Source of the DNA: a virus
DNA: 60,535 bases
IMG/VR virus record: IMGVR_UViG_3300045988_170019
Coordinates: 1-60,535 of that record
Direction: 5' to 3' (one strand)
Shown here in pieces: positions 17,458 through 24,467 of the stretch. Positions within the stretch are counted from its first letter, which is position 1, and each line of letters begins with the position of its first letter. The translations under genes and the position numbers were made by a program. The notes under the pieces were generated by a model. It ran no database searches. It saw only the letters and a program-made list of their open reading frames with translations, and was not told where the DNA came from.

Positions 17458-17777
17458 TTAAGATTTTTATATTTTTTCACACAATATTCTGATGCAAACC
17501 AATCTTCGTTAAAAGGCTCAAATCCGTGCTTTTTCTTAAAATATCTACAAATTGAATTCCATTTCATATTCTGATTTGCGAGAATCTTAATAAAATTCGT
17601 GCTCATACCGTGGTTCATTTCTTTTGCGATATGAATTGCTTCACGGTCCAAATCCTCTGCCAAATTTTGTCCAATTTCGTTCAGCGCTTCCGGTTTATCG
17701 GTGTATCGGCAAGCATCTATCACAGCACTCATATATTTGGCATAATATTCTTTTGATGTCATACTTAATAATCCCAC
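17448..17777 (-). CDS. hypothetical protein (109 aa)
   Basis: Track ORF. 13-nt overlap with the upstream paralog C gene. Confidence 0.55.
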   Translation of the reverse strand: MGLLSMTSKEYYAKYMSAVIDACRYTDKPEALNEIGQNLAEDLDREAIHIAKEMNHGMSTNFIKILANQNMKWNSICRYFKKKHGFEPFNEDWFASEYCVKKYKNLNAK

Positions 17778-18523
17778 TCCATTTTCGGTCTCGGTGTCAC
17801 CTTATAGTCCATCACAAGAATTGGCCGCCCATTATCATCCAGCTGACCAGAAAAACTCAAATCAAGCAGATGGTCAACGGTCCAACCAATCGAATCCCCC
17901 ATTTTTACCATGTTCAGTCCAAGCTGAGAGTAAAATTCGTTCTGGCTTGCAAATCCATCGCCGGAAACAATACACTGATTGATGTCATTCTGAATCCGGC
18001 GAATTGTTTCGCGGTCTGATTTGAATTTTTGCCCGCTCAAACAGTCATAGCACAAAATATCACCGTCTCCGGCCATGATTACATCGTTTTGGCGTACAGG
18101 ATTTTCCTTCGCTACTTTCATTGCACTCTGGTCAACGACCTTCTGTTCATCATCACCAAGAATGGTTTCAGTTGCTTCTCGATAACGCTTAAATGCACTC
18201 TCGCTCAAAGCATATGCACTTGCAATTCCAGCCAGGCGTTTTGCGCTAATTCGGTTCGATGCTACAATGCAGGCAACAGATGCTGCGGTCATTGTAACCG
18301 TTGGAATATAGAGCTTCCACGTTTCTTTTACAACATCGAGTTTTGTCTCAGGTTCTTTTTCTCTCACAATCTCGCAAGCTTTAATCGTAGCTTTTCCACA
18401 CATAACAACACTGCCGATTGCACCTGCTGCCCCACAAATTGTCAAAATCATAGGGGCATTTTTTACGATAGCTTTTTCGGCAATTTTACTAGCAGCTTTG
18501 ATAGAAGCCATATTGAATTTCAT
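17765..18523 (-). CDS. membrane protein, paralog C of a 3-member family
   Basis: See paralogs A and B. AAAGGAGAATATTATC SD. Confidence 0.6.
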   Translation of the reverse strand: MKFNMASIKAASKIAEKAIVKNAPMILTICGAAGAIGSVVMCGKATIKACEIVREKEPETKLDVVKETWKLYIPTVTMTAASVACIVASNRISAKRLAGIASAYALSESAFKRYREATETILGDDEQKVVDQSAMKVAKENPVRQNDVIMAGDGDILCYDCLSGQKFKSDRETIRRIQNDINQCIVSGDGFASQNEFYSQLGLNMVKMGDSIGWTVDHLLDLSFSGQLDDNGRPILVMDYKVTPRPKMEWDY

Positions 18524-18542
18524 GATAATATTCTCCTTTTTA

Positions 18543-18576
18543 TAAAAAGTAAGACCCTATGTTTCCATAGAGTCTT
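18543..18576 (-). terminator. intrinsic terminator, conserved CTATGGAAACATAG hairpin
   Basis: Minus strand: AAGACTCTATG-GAAA-CATAGGGTCTT then ACTTTTTAT. Confidence 0.65.
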
Positions 18577-18586
18577 AAAATAAACC

Positions 18587-18823
18587 TTAGCTTTCTTTAG
18601 ATTCGTCTTCTACTTCTTCAAGACTTGCACAGTTGTTCGGGTCATAAATGATGGTTTCTTCGTCCTCGTCAACCGCTTTATGTCGATTCAGCAGTGCGCC
18701 GGCACAAACACCAGCAAGCAATGCTCCAATCACGATAAAACCAGTTTTACCAAAAGACTTCTTTTTCATTTCATCTTTCTCCTCGCAATCTTCTTCAATT
18801 TTCTTGATTACTTCAGTAGCCAT
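18587..18823 (-). CDS. single-pass membrane protein with acidic termini (78 aa)
   Basis: Start moved to the ATG after AAGGAG. TM helix GFIVIGALLAGVCAGALL. Confidence 0.55.
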   Translation of the reverse strand: MATEVIKKIEEDCEEKDEMKKKSFGKTGFIVIGALLAGVCAGALLNRHKAVDEDEETIIYDPNNCASLEEVEDESKES

Positions 18824-18856
18824 AACATAATCTCCTTTCAAATTGTTAAGGTTTCC

Positions 18857-18880
18857 ATTATATAGCTTGATTATTTCGCG
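18857..18880 (-). promoter_or_regulatory. Promoter-motif copy (CGCG-N14-TAWAAT)
   Basis: Minus strand: CGCGAAATAATCAAGCTATATAAT then GGAAAC. Confidence 0.55.
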
Positions 18881-18914
18881 TAAAAAAAATAAGAGCTATG
18901 CAAGCACCTGAATT

Positions 18915-18953
18915 AGAAAATATAAAAGAAAGAGCCTACGTTATTGCAGACTC
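18915..18953 (-). terminator. intrinsic terminator (hairpin-family variant)
   Basis: Minus strand: GAGTCTGC-AATAAC-GTAGGCTC then TTTCTTTTATATTTT. Confidence 0.5.
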
Positions 18954-18965
18954 AATCTTCGAAGG

Positions 18966-19139
18966 TCACTTCTTCATTTTATTTTCGATAGAATATTTGA
19001 TTTGATTCGCTTTTGTAGCTACCATTTGCCGAACCTCTGGAATGGACAGAGCTGCAATTGCTGTGGATACCACAGGGATTACAATTTGCCCAAGCCAAAG
19101 ACGTGCTTCACGACTAGCTTCAATACGTTTATAACTCAT
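18966..19139 (-). CDS. small membrane protein (57 aa)
   Basis: Start moved to the ATG after TAGGAGG. TM helix LGQIVIPVVSTAIAAL. Confidence 0.5.
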   Translation of the reverse strand: MSYKRIEASREARLWLGQIVIPVVSTAIAALSIPEVRQMVATKANQIKYSIENKMKK

Positions 19140-19168
19140 AATAAATAACCTCCTAAATTTCATTCTTC

Positions 19169-19192
19169 ACTATAGGAGCTGATTATTTCGCG
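19169..19192 (-). promoter_or_regulatory. Promoter-motif copy (CGCG-N14-TAWAAT)
   Basis: Minus strand: CGCGAAATAATCAGCTCCTATAGT then GAAG. Confidence 0.55.
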
Positions 19193-19194
19193 CC

Positions 19195-19226
19195 AAAAAG
19201 AAAAGACTCTGCGAACAGCAAAGTCT
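19195..19226 (-). terminator. intrinsic terminator
   Basis: Minus strand: AGACTTTGC-TGTTC-GCAGAGTCT then TTTCTTTTT. Abuts the next promoter motif. Confidence 0.55.
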
Positions 19227-19247
19227 AATCTTTTTCTAACTGGTTTC

Positions 19248-19370
19248 TTAGAAAATCCACCGCAGGAAATTTCGAATCGCGTTTAACACCCATTTGGCAC
19301 CACAAATAAATGCACCAAACAGAGCGATCAAACCCAATGCAAAAATCACCATAATCAGTAAAAATTCCAT
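19248..19370 (-). CDS. hydrophobic micro-protein (40 aa, below cutoff)
   Basis: MEFLLIMVIFALGLIALFGAFICGAKWVLNAIRNFLRWIF. TATAGGAGG SD, own promoter and own terminator. Confidence 0.45.
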   Translation of the reverse strand: MEFLLIMVIFALGLIALFGAFICGAKWVLNAIRNFLRWIF

Positions 19371-19397
19371 AAGTATAACCTCCTATAATTAGTTTTC

Positions 19398-19421
19398 ATC
19401 ATAGGCAATGATTATTTCGCG
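19398..19421 (-). promoter_or_regulatory. Promoter-motif copy (CGCG-N14-TAWAAT)
   Basis: Minus strand: CGCGAAATAATCATTGCCTATGAT then GAAAAC. Confidence 0.55.
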
Positions 19422-19423
19422 TG

Positions 19424-19456
19424 TAAAAAGCAAGAGCCTATGTTTCCATAAGCTCT
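19424..19456 (-). terminator. intrinsic terminator, conserved hairpin family
   Basis: Minus strand: AGAGCTTATG-GAAA-CATAGGCTCT then TGCTTTTTAC. Confidence 0.6.
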
Positions 19457-19462
19457 ATATTT

Positions 19463-19522
19463 TTAGCAGGGGCCAATCCCCATTAGAAGCACCGCACACG
19501 TTACAATAATCATAATAGACAT
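19463..19522 (-). CDS. 19-aa hydrophobic peptide with dedicated promoter, SD and terminator
   Basis: MSIMIIVTCAVLLMGIGPC. TAGGAGG SD 7 nt upstream. Promoter motif at 19566-19589, terminator at 19424-19456. Confidence 0.35.
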   Translation of the reverse strand: MSIMIIVTCAVLLMGIGPC

Positions 19523-19565
19523 AAGTAGTCCTCCTATATATTAAAACCGTGTAGTTTTATTCTTC

Positions 19566-19589
19566 ATTATAGGAGCTGAATTTTTCGCG
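19566..19589 (-). promoter_or_regulatory. Promoter-motif copy (CGCG-N14-TAWAAT)
   Basis: Minus strand: CGCGAAAAATTCAGCTCCTATAAT then GAAG. Confidence 0.55.
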
Positions 19590-19599
19590 TGTTTTGTTG

Positions 19600-20001
19600 T
19601 CAGATATCTTTTCGGTCAAATACCGTTTCCCATCGTTCCTTTCTCATTGGTTTCATTCTAAGTGCCCACATAAGCTGCCGAACATTTACCGTTGGGTATA
19701 AGCCGCTTTGTTCTATTCCACTCATTTGATTGAAATACTTTTTGAATCCGGGCTGAATGTAGATCTCATCAATAAGCCATGGATCAATTTCAGTCCAATA
19801 AGTGGTCTTCGTTTCAGGGTTAAACCGCTGCTGAATCACCGCTAAACCGTAATCTTTTATTTTATAAAGAGTACATTTTGAGTATAATGGATGATTACAG
19901 GCATAGGTCTTTGCAAACATTGCTTTCCAAAAGTCTGGTTTCTCGTAATAATATCTCATAGTAAATAAAAAATCCCCCTGAACATTTTGCTCAGAGGGCA
20001 T
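19600..20001 (-). CDS. hypothetical protein (up to 133 aa; start uncertain)
   Basis: Track ORF. The first 14 codons overlap a hairpin plus T-run (CCCTCTGA..TCAGGGGG ATTTTTT), so the true start may be Met15 at 19959. Confidence 0.5.
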   Translation of the reverse strand: MPSEQNVQGDFLFTMRYYYEKPDFWKAMFAKTYACNHPLYSKCTLYKIKDYGLAVIQQRFNPETKTTYWTEIDPWLIDEIYIQPGFKKYFNQMSGIEQSGLYPTVNVRQLMWALRMKPMRKERWETVFDRKDI

Positions 20002-20013
20002 AGCGTGAAGTGT

Positions 20014-20865
20014 TTAATTGTTTGTGCTCAATTCCAGTAGCTTCTTGTTAATGTCTAGTTGTGCATTGATATAATATGTCGATTCCGCATCGTTCATGTT
20101 TCCATCATCAAGTGCATCAAACTTATCGCTTACTTCGGATAGTTTGGAAATGTAATCCGTGTAACTTTTCAGCATTTCCGCATCAGGAGAATCGTCGGCC
20201 TGATATTTCTCTATGAATTCTACATATGCATCCATAAACTCCATGTAAGAATCTACAGCCTCTTTAAATTCAGGCCGCATACCATCAACAAGCTCCTCAT
20301 CGTTGGTATCCGAAACCGCCGTATCTGTTGATTCGGTAGAAGTGGCATCCTCGTCCTTATCCCAATTTTTAGAGTTGGAATCAGAATCGATAGAATCCAC
20401 TTGAATCGAGATTTCATAATTTGATGCAAAATAATACAAAGTTAATTCTGTTTCCACATCATCATATGCTCTATAATAGGTATCCGTTTTTTCATAATCA
20501 TTTTGATACCCTGCGTCTCGGCACGCTTTGATGTATGCTTTAAAATCAGATTTAGTAACCTTTCCTATAGTGCAATAGAATTCATCCTCAGATTCATAGC
20601 CCAAACTTCCCCATGTGCTTTTTGGAGTAGGCAATGTTCCACCAATGCCAAATTCTGGCCACTCAAAGTCTTCATAATAATCTGGATACTCAATCGTGCT
20701 GAAGTCAACCACTTCTTCCTCTTCAGACGAACTATCCGCTTCTTCAGAAATCGAGCTAGATGCAGTGTTACTGGTGGTATCTTTTTTCTCTTCTTTTACC
20801 ATAGAACATCCAGACAACGCAATGCAAATAGCCAGAGATGCACTAATCCATGCTAGTTTTTTCAT
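20014..20865 (-). CDS. acidic lipoprotein (283 aa)
   Basis: Signal peptide plus lipobox (LAICIALSGC). Ser/Asp/Glu-rich linkers. Confidence 0.6.
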   Translation of the reverse strand: MKKLAWISASLAICIALSGCSMVKEEKKDTTSNTASSSISEEADSSSEEEEVVDFSTIEYPDYYEDFEWPEFGIGGTLPTPKSTWGSLGYESEDEFYCTIGKVTKSDFKAYIKACRDAGYQNDYEKTDTYYRAYDDVETELTLYYFASNYEISIQVDSIDSDSNSKNWDKDEDATSTESTDTAVSDTNDEELVDGMRPEFKEAVDSYMEFMDAYVEFIEKYQADDSPDAEMLKSYTDYISKLSEVSDKFDALDDGNMNDAESTYYINAQLDINKKLLELSTNN

Positions 20866-20914
20866 TTTCGTACTCCTTTCACCTTAGGGAACTCCTTATC
20901 ATTTAGTATACACC

Positions 20915-20965
20915 GTCAAAAGGAAAAGCTCAAGACTCTATGTTTCCATAAAGTCTCAAGCTTTT
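20915..20965 (-). terminator. intrinsic terminator, extended version of the conserved hairpin
   Basis: Minus strand: AAAAGCTTGAGACTTTATG-GAAA-CATAGAGTCTTGAGCTTTT then CCTTTTG. Confidence 0.65.
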
Positions 20966-20967
20966 AA

Positions 20968-21336
20968 TTACTTTTTAAATCCGATTTTCCTAATGACATT
21001 TTTCACGAAACTCGACGTGATACAATTCGTCTTTTCGAAATTCAAACCCGTAAAGAATGTAGCAAGGACAACCGCAGTATCCACAGCATACATACCAATG
21101 CGCAAACGACGATCTTTCACTCGGGCCTCAGCTTCCTCTGCGTTAGCGTAAGCTTGATTTTCTTTCTCAGCTTTCGCACAAGCAGCATCGCTTTGGGCCT
21201 TTGTGTCTTCAATTCGCACGCGGTACAGTTTGCAGACATTATCTACAGCTTCCGTACGAGCATTCCCGTCCAGATCATTTGTTCGATTAATCTCACTCAT
21301 AATCAGGTCGTTAAGTTTCGTTTCCAAAGTATCCAT
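20968..21336 (-). CDS. hypothetical protein with C-terminal TM helix (122 aa)
   Basis: Start moved to the ATG after TAAGGAGG. Confidence 0.55.
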   Translation of the reverse strand: MDTLETKLNDLIMSEINRTNDLDGNARTEAVDNVCKLYRVRIEDTKAQSDAACAKAEKENQAYANAEEAEARVKDRRLRIGMYAVDTAVVLATFFTGLNFEKTNCITSSFVKNVIRKIGFKK

Positions 21337-21361
21337 GAGAAATACCTCCTTAATAGTATTC

Positions 21362-21385
21362 ATTTAAGGGCTTGATTATTTCGCG
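21362..21385 (-). promoter_or_regulatory. Promoter-motif copy (CGCG-N14-TAWAAT)
   Basis: Minus strand: CGCGAAATAATCAAGCCCTTAAAT then GAATAC. Overlaps the DAK* end of the upstream gene. Confidence 0.55.
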
Positions 21386-21642
21386 TCACCATAATTTTGT
21401 ACTTTAACTGTAAGAAAAACGTTTTCGCCATCCTGCAAATTATCCATAGGGCCTAATGATTCGAGCCAGACGGTCGTATCGCCATCCCGTACGTCAATTC
21501 TGAGATAGCCCGCAATTTTTGTTTTCACTTTGCCATAGTACCAGCCGCCAACAAACCCGATTAGAAAAAATAGTACCAAACCAATACAAATTGCACCGTA
21601 CATTAGCATTCTCCTTTTATTTGTGTTTTTCAGAAAATCCAT
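21376..21642 (-). CDS. single-pass membrane protein (88 aa)
   Basis: TM helix LMYGAICIGLVLFFLIGFVGGWYY. No clear SD at this ATG. Confidence 0.45.
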   Translation of the reverse strand: MDFLKNTNKRRMLMYGAICIGLVLFFLIGFVGGWYYGKVKTKIAGYLRIDVRDGDTTVWLESLGPMDNLQDGENVFLTVKVQNYGDAK

Positions 21643-21697
21643 CCGGGGAATTTTTCAGATATCAATATACATCTCCTTTCCGTCACCTGCGTCATGA

Positions 21698-21735
21698 AAA
21701 TAAAAAGAAAGACCCTATGTTTCCATAGAGCCTTT
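21698..21735 (-). terminator. intrinsic terminator, conserved hairpin family
   Basis: Minus strand: AAAGGCTCTATG-GAAA-CATAGGGTCTTT then CTTTTTATTTT. Confidence 0.65.
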
Positions 21736-21776
21736 ATCTTACTACGTATTTACGAACTTATTAATGTTTGTTTCTT

Positions 21777-21956
21777 CTATTTTTTATTAAATTTTCCTTT
21801 AATTACATACCAAGCCATCATGTTATATCCCATTTTCTCAAGGAATGTTAGATTGTCATAATTATCTTGCGTTCCTTTCTTAAAAGCTGAGTTCCACATC
21901 ATAGCTCCAATAAATCCAATCGGAAAACATACGAAATTTCTAATTTTCAGTAACAT
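21777..21956 (-). CDS. small protein (59 aa, below cutoff)
   Basis: MLLKIRNFVCFPIGFIGAMMWNSAF... AAAGGAGATTTTAT SD, own promoter and own terminator. Confidence 0.45.
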   Translation of the reverse strand: MLLKIRNFVCFPIGFIGAMMWNSAFKKGTQDNYDNLTFLEKMGYNMMAWYVIKGKFNKK

Positions 21957-21988
21957 ATAAAATCTCCTTTCGTAAGCATATAGCTTTC

Positions 21989-22012
21989 ATTTAAGAAGAT
22001 GTTATTTTCGCG
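21989..22012 (-). promoter_or_regulatory. Promoter-motif copy (CGCG-N14-TAWAAT)
   Basis: Minus strand: CGCGAAAATAACATCTTCTTAAAT then GAAAGC. Confidence 0.5.
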
Positions 22013-22048
22013 TAAAAAGAAAAGACTCCATGTTTCCACAGAGCCTTC
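22013..22048 (-). terminator. intrinsic terminator, conserved hairpin family (G-U wobble variant)
   Basis: Minus strand: AAGGCTCTGTG-GAAA-CATGGAGTCTT then TTCTTTTTAC. Confidence 0.55.
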
Positions 22049-22053
22049 TTATT

Positions 22054-22248
22054 TCATACAAGCTTTTTCAGATAAGTCGTCAATCCGTCAAATCTTTTGG
22101 TTTCAACGTTTAGTAACCAAGCAGCAACTTTGTCTTTTACCAAATGCTGGTTAAATGCAAACATAATCAGCTTTTGTGTAATCAGAGAACTGTAAATTGC
22201 ATACTTAATCATAAATACCTCAATTTTTCTTTCAAAAGTATTTAACAT
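22054..22248 (-). CDS. hypothetical protein (64 aa)
   Basis: Track ORF with an AAAGGAGATTAAATT SD. Confidence 0.5.
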   Translation of the reverse strand: MLNTFERKIEVFMIKYAIYSSLITQKLIMFAFNQHLVKDKVAAWLLNVETKRFDGLTTYLKKLV

Positions 22249-22284
22249 AATTTAATCTCCTTTCAAATTCAGCTTATAGCTTTC

Positions 22285-22308
22285 ATTTAAGTGGATGATT
22301 ATTTCGCG
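22285..22308 (-). promoter_or_regulatory. Promoter-motif copy (CGCG-N14-TAWAAT)
   Basis: Minus strand: CGCGAAATAATCATCCACTTAAAT then GAAAGC. Confidence 0.5.
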
Positions 22309-22338
22309 AGAAAACGAAGAGGGTATGTTTCAACCCTC
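22309..22338 (-). terminator. weak terminator-like hairpin
   Basis: Minus strand: GAGGGT-TGAAACAT-ACCCTC then TTCGTTTTCT. The stem includes the stop codon of 22330..22533. Confidence 0.35.
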
Positions 22339-22533
22339 AATACCAAAGATATCATTAAATTTTTGAAGATTTCTTCTTGCGTCAATAATTTTCATTGCCA
22401 AAGCAATGCTTCTATGATGTCCTATCCATATTGCTATCTCGTAAGTTTCAATAGCATATCTCACATCATATTGAAGTTTAATTCTAGTGGCATTAATTTT
22501 ATCTTCGTCAAGAATATAAATCTTTCGTTTCAT
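22330..22533 (-). CDS. hypothetical protein (67 aa)
   Basis: Track ORF with a TGGAGGTGATG SD. Confidence 0.5.
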   Translation of the reverse strand: MKRKIYILDEDKINATRIKLQYDVRYAIETYEIAIWIGHHRSIALAMKIIDARRNLQKFNDIFGIEG

Positions 22534-22547
22534 TTAACATCACCTCC

Positions 22548-22571
22548 ATTATATCCAATGTTATTTTCGCG
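22548..22571 (-). promoter_or_regulatory. Promoter-motif copy (CGCG-N14-TAWAAT)
   Basis: Minus strand: CGCGAAAATAACATTGGATATAAT then GGAGG. Overlaps the ARK* end of the upstream gene. Confidence 0.55.
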
Positions 22572-22980
22572 CATTACTCAAAAGCCAGAAAAACTTCCGG
22601 TAACTCTCGTAGTAATAGTCTTTAGAACAAGGAATATCATATTTGGTCCGCAGCGTAGAATAAGACACTTCCTCCGTAACCGCTTTAAAGATATAATCCG
22701 ATAGTTCGGGATCGGCTTCTTTGCAAAGAGATTTAACCAGACTCATCCTCTCAAAGTAATACATCTTCGCTTCGGTCAATCGTTCGGTCGCATCGCTAAT
22801 CGCCGTGCTCTTTACCCCTGTCAAATTCATGCGTGAACTTTTCTGGTATCCGTCAATTGACCGGTATTCTGTCAGCCACTCAGAGTATTGCAAACAAAAA
22901 TGCTTTAACTCATAATACCGGTGCCTCGAAATCCAATATCGATTCTTCCTGCTCAAATTTGATCGAATGCTTGTGCCCAT
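22561..22980 (-). CDS. putative phage transcription regulator (RinA/ArpU / sigma-70 region-4-like)
   Basis: The blocks RYYELKHFCLQYSEW and the C-terminal YSTLRTKYDIPCSKDYYYESYRKFFWLLS resemble small sigma-like phage activators. Start moved to the ATG after TGGAGGTAAC. Confidence 0.35.
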   Translation of the reverse strand: MGTSIRSNLSRKNRYWISRHRYYELKHFCLQYSEWLTEYRSIDGYQKSSRMNLTGVKSTAISDATERLTEAKMYYFERMSLVKSLCKEADPELSDYIFKAVTEEVSYSTLRTKYDIPCSKDYYYESYRKFFWLLSNARK

Positions 22981-23018
22981 AGTAGTTACCTCCAAAATCT
23001 AATTTAAGATAGTAACTC

Positions 23019-23030
23019 TATTCTAGAATA
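23019..23030. repeat. 12-bp palindrome TATTCTAGAATA, copy 1 (3' flank of the integrase gene)
   Basis: The same palindrome recurs at 24468-24479. Both lie in intergenic DNA bracketing the integrase cassette. Confidence 0.8.
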
Positions 23031-23045
23031 AACCTTCTGCGATTT

Positions 23046-24032
23046 TTAGTGATTTCTGGGTTTATACTTCATATTTTCCAAAGGACTATGGGAAGCGTAC
23101 ATTTCCATCAAATCATCTTCATTAATATCCAAATAGGCTTTTTCGGTAATCACAACACTACTGTGGCCTAAAATCCGGCTGAGGGTATAAATATCACCGC
23201 CGCTTTTCAAGAATCGTTTTGCAAAATTATTCCTGAACATATGCGGATGAACGTTTTTGAGTCCAACCCGTGCTGCGTATTTTCTTATATTAGCTTCTAA
23301 ATTATTAACTTGCAAAGCCTTTCCTTGATTCGTGCAAAACAGATAATCACTTTCGCGGTATCGGTCCTTATAGGTAATCCATCTCTTAATTGTCTTTTCC
23401 ATTTGTGCCGAAAAGAATACGTATCGATCTTTCTTGCCTTTTGTATTTTCGGCTGGAAGCAAAATCGCATTTTTTCTAAAGTCAATGTCTTCCATTTTGA
23501 TTAGCAAGCATTCCCCGCACCGCATACCTGTATCAATTAAAAGTTGAATGATAACCCAATCTCGGTATTCAAAGAACTTGTCCCGCTGTAGGCAGTCCAG
23601 TAGCATTTTAAAGTCTTCGTCGTCGATAAACTCAACTTCTTTTCTTTTTGTCTTAATAAAGTCGCTTCGCTTGATTGGGTTTTTTCGCAAAAATTCTTCT
23701 TCTATACACCAATTAAAGAATGCGTTCAGATTTCGTAAATAATTGTTAATACAACAAGCAGAAATCGGTTTGCCTAAATCTTTTCTATTCTCTGGATAAT
23801 TGGGTTGCGTTTGATTCTTGACCGTGCAAATCGTGTATTTTCCTCTTCGCACAAGACTGTCCAGATAATTACTTATATCCACATGTCGAATGTCTTCCGT
23901 ATTCTTTATTCCGATTGTTTCCAAATACATTCCAAACATTCGTAGGGTTTGATCGTAACTATGCAAAGTCCTTTGCGCTAGTCCTTTACGGTCACAATAA
24001 CTCATATAAGTCTCGACATCACGTGAATACAT
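23046..24032 (-). CDS. int: tyrosine recombinase / phage integrase
   Basis: C-terminal catalytic region: DTGMRCGE (R), HPHMFRNNFA (H.xR), LGHSSVVITEKAYL (H...Y). Start moved to the ATG after TAGGAGG (MYSRDVETY...). Confidence 0.85.
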   Translation of the reverse strand: MYSRDVETYMSYCDRKGLAQRTLHSYDQTLRMFGMYLETIGIKNTEDIRHVDISNYLDSLVRRGKYTICTVKNQTQPNYPENRKDLGKPISACCINNYLRNLNAFFNWCIEEEFLRKNPIKRSDFIKTKRKEVEFIDDEDFKMLLDCLQRDKFFEYRDWVIIQLLIDTGMRCGECLLIKMEDIDFRKNAILLPAENTKGKKDRYVFFSAQMEKTIKRWITYKDRYRESDYLFCTNQGKALQVNNLEANIRKYAARVGLKNVHPHMFRNNFAKRFLKSGGDIYTLSRILGHSSVVITEKAYLDINEDDLMEMYASHSPLENMKYKPRNH

Positions 24033-24146
24033 AATAAAAAACCTCCTATATTTACTGAGCACCAGAACCCAATAAATATAAAAGGTTTGTAGGCTTAGAC
24101 TCGGATTGTTCATAGGTTCGTTTTCGCAAAACCAGGCTAATTCACA

Positions 24147-24329
24147 TCAAATAAACCTATAAACATTTCTATTTATATCGTTAGTACGATGTTTATGCCC
24201 CATTAAAATCTTATCGCTGATCATTGCGATGAACTCGCTGTTCGTGGGTTTTCCTCTCAGGTTGTGGATGGTATAGCCAAAGTAGCTGTTCAGGGTATCC
24301 ACATCGCCGCGGTCCCACAAGCCGCACAT
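24147..24329 (-). pseudogene. GC-rich orphan gene fragment next to integrase (possible attP-borne 3' end of the host target gene)
   Basis: 60-codon ORF without an SD. Its first ~110 nt look about 55% GC against roughly 30-35% GC in the flanks (estimated by eye). Confidence 0.3.
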
Positions 24330-24467
24330 ATCAGGTTAAATTCTCATAACGCAGATCGTACTATTACCGGTCTAAATCTCAAACTTTTTATAACGTATTC
24401 GTAGGTTTAGTGCTCAATTATTGATAGGTTTATTATACCACAATTCGCAAATTTTACAACATGTTTC

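Noticed and set aside
23486-23502. Extra copy of the late-junction motif (AATCAAAATGGAAG) inside the integrase gene; a similar near-match lies at 31769-31786 in Dit
   Set aside because: Only 10-11 nt match, both lie deep inside coding sequence (encoding ..IKMED.. and ..SKMEV..), and neither is at a gene junction. They are probably coincidental.
24033-24113. N-terminal 27-codon extension of the integrase ORF; similar 5' extensions occur on many track ORFs (e.g. 22981-22995, 26145-26165, 27429-27530, 59709-59795, 60390-60464)
   Set aside because: The extensions start at TTG/GTG or at ATG codons without an SD, and often contain terminators or promoter motifs. An internal ATG preceded by a strong AGGAGG-type SD is the more likely start.
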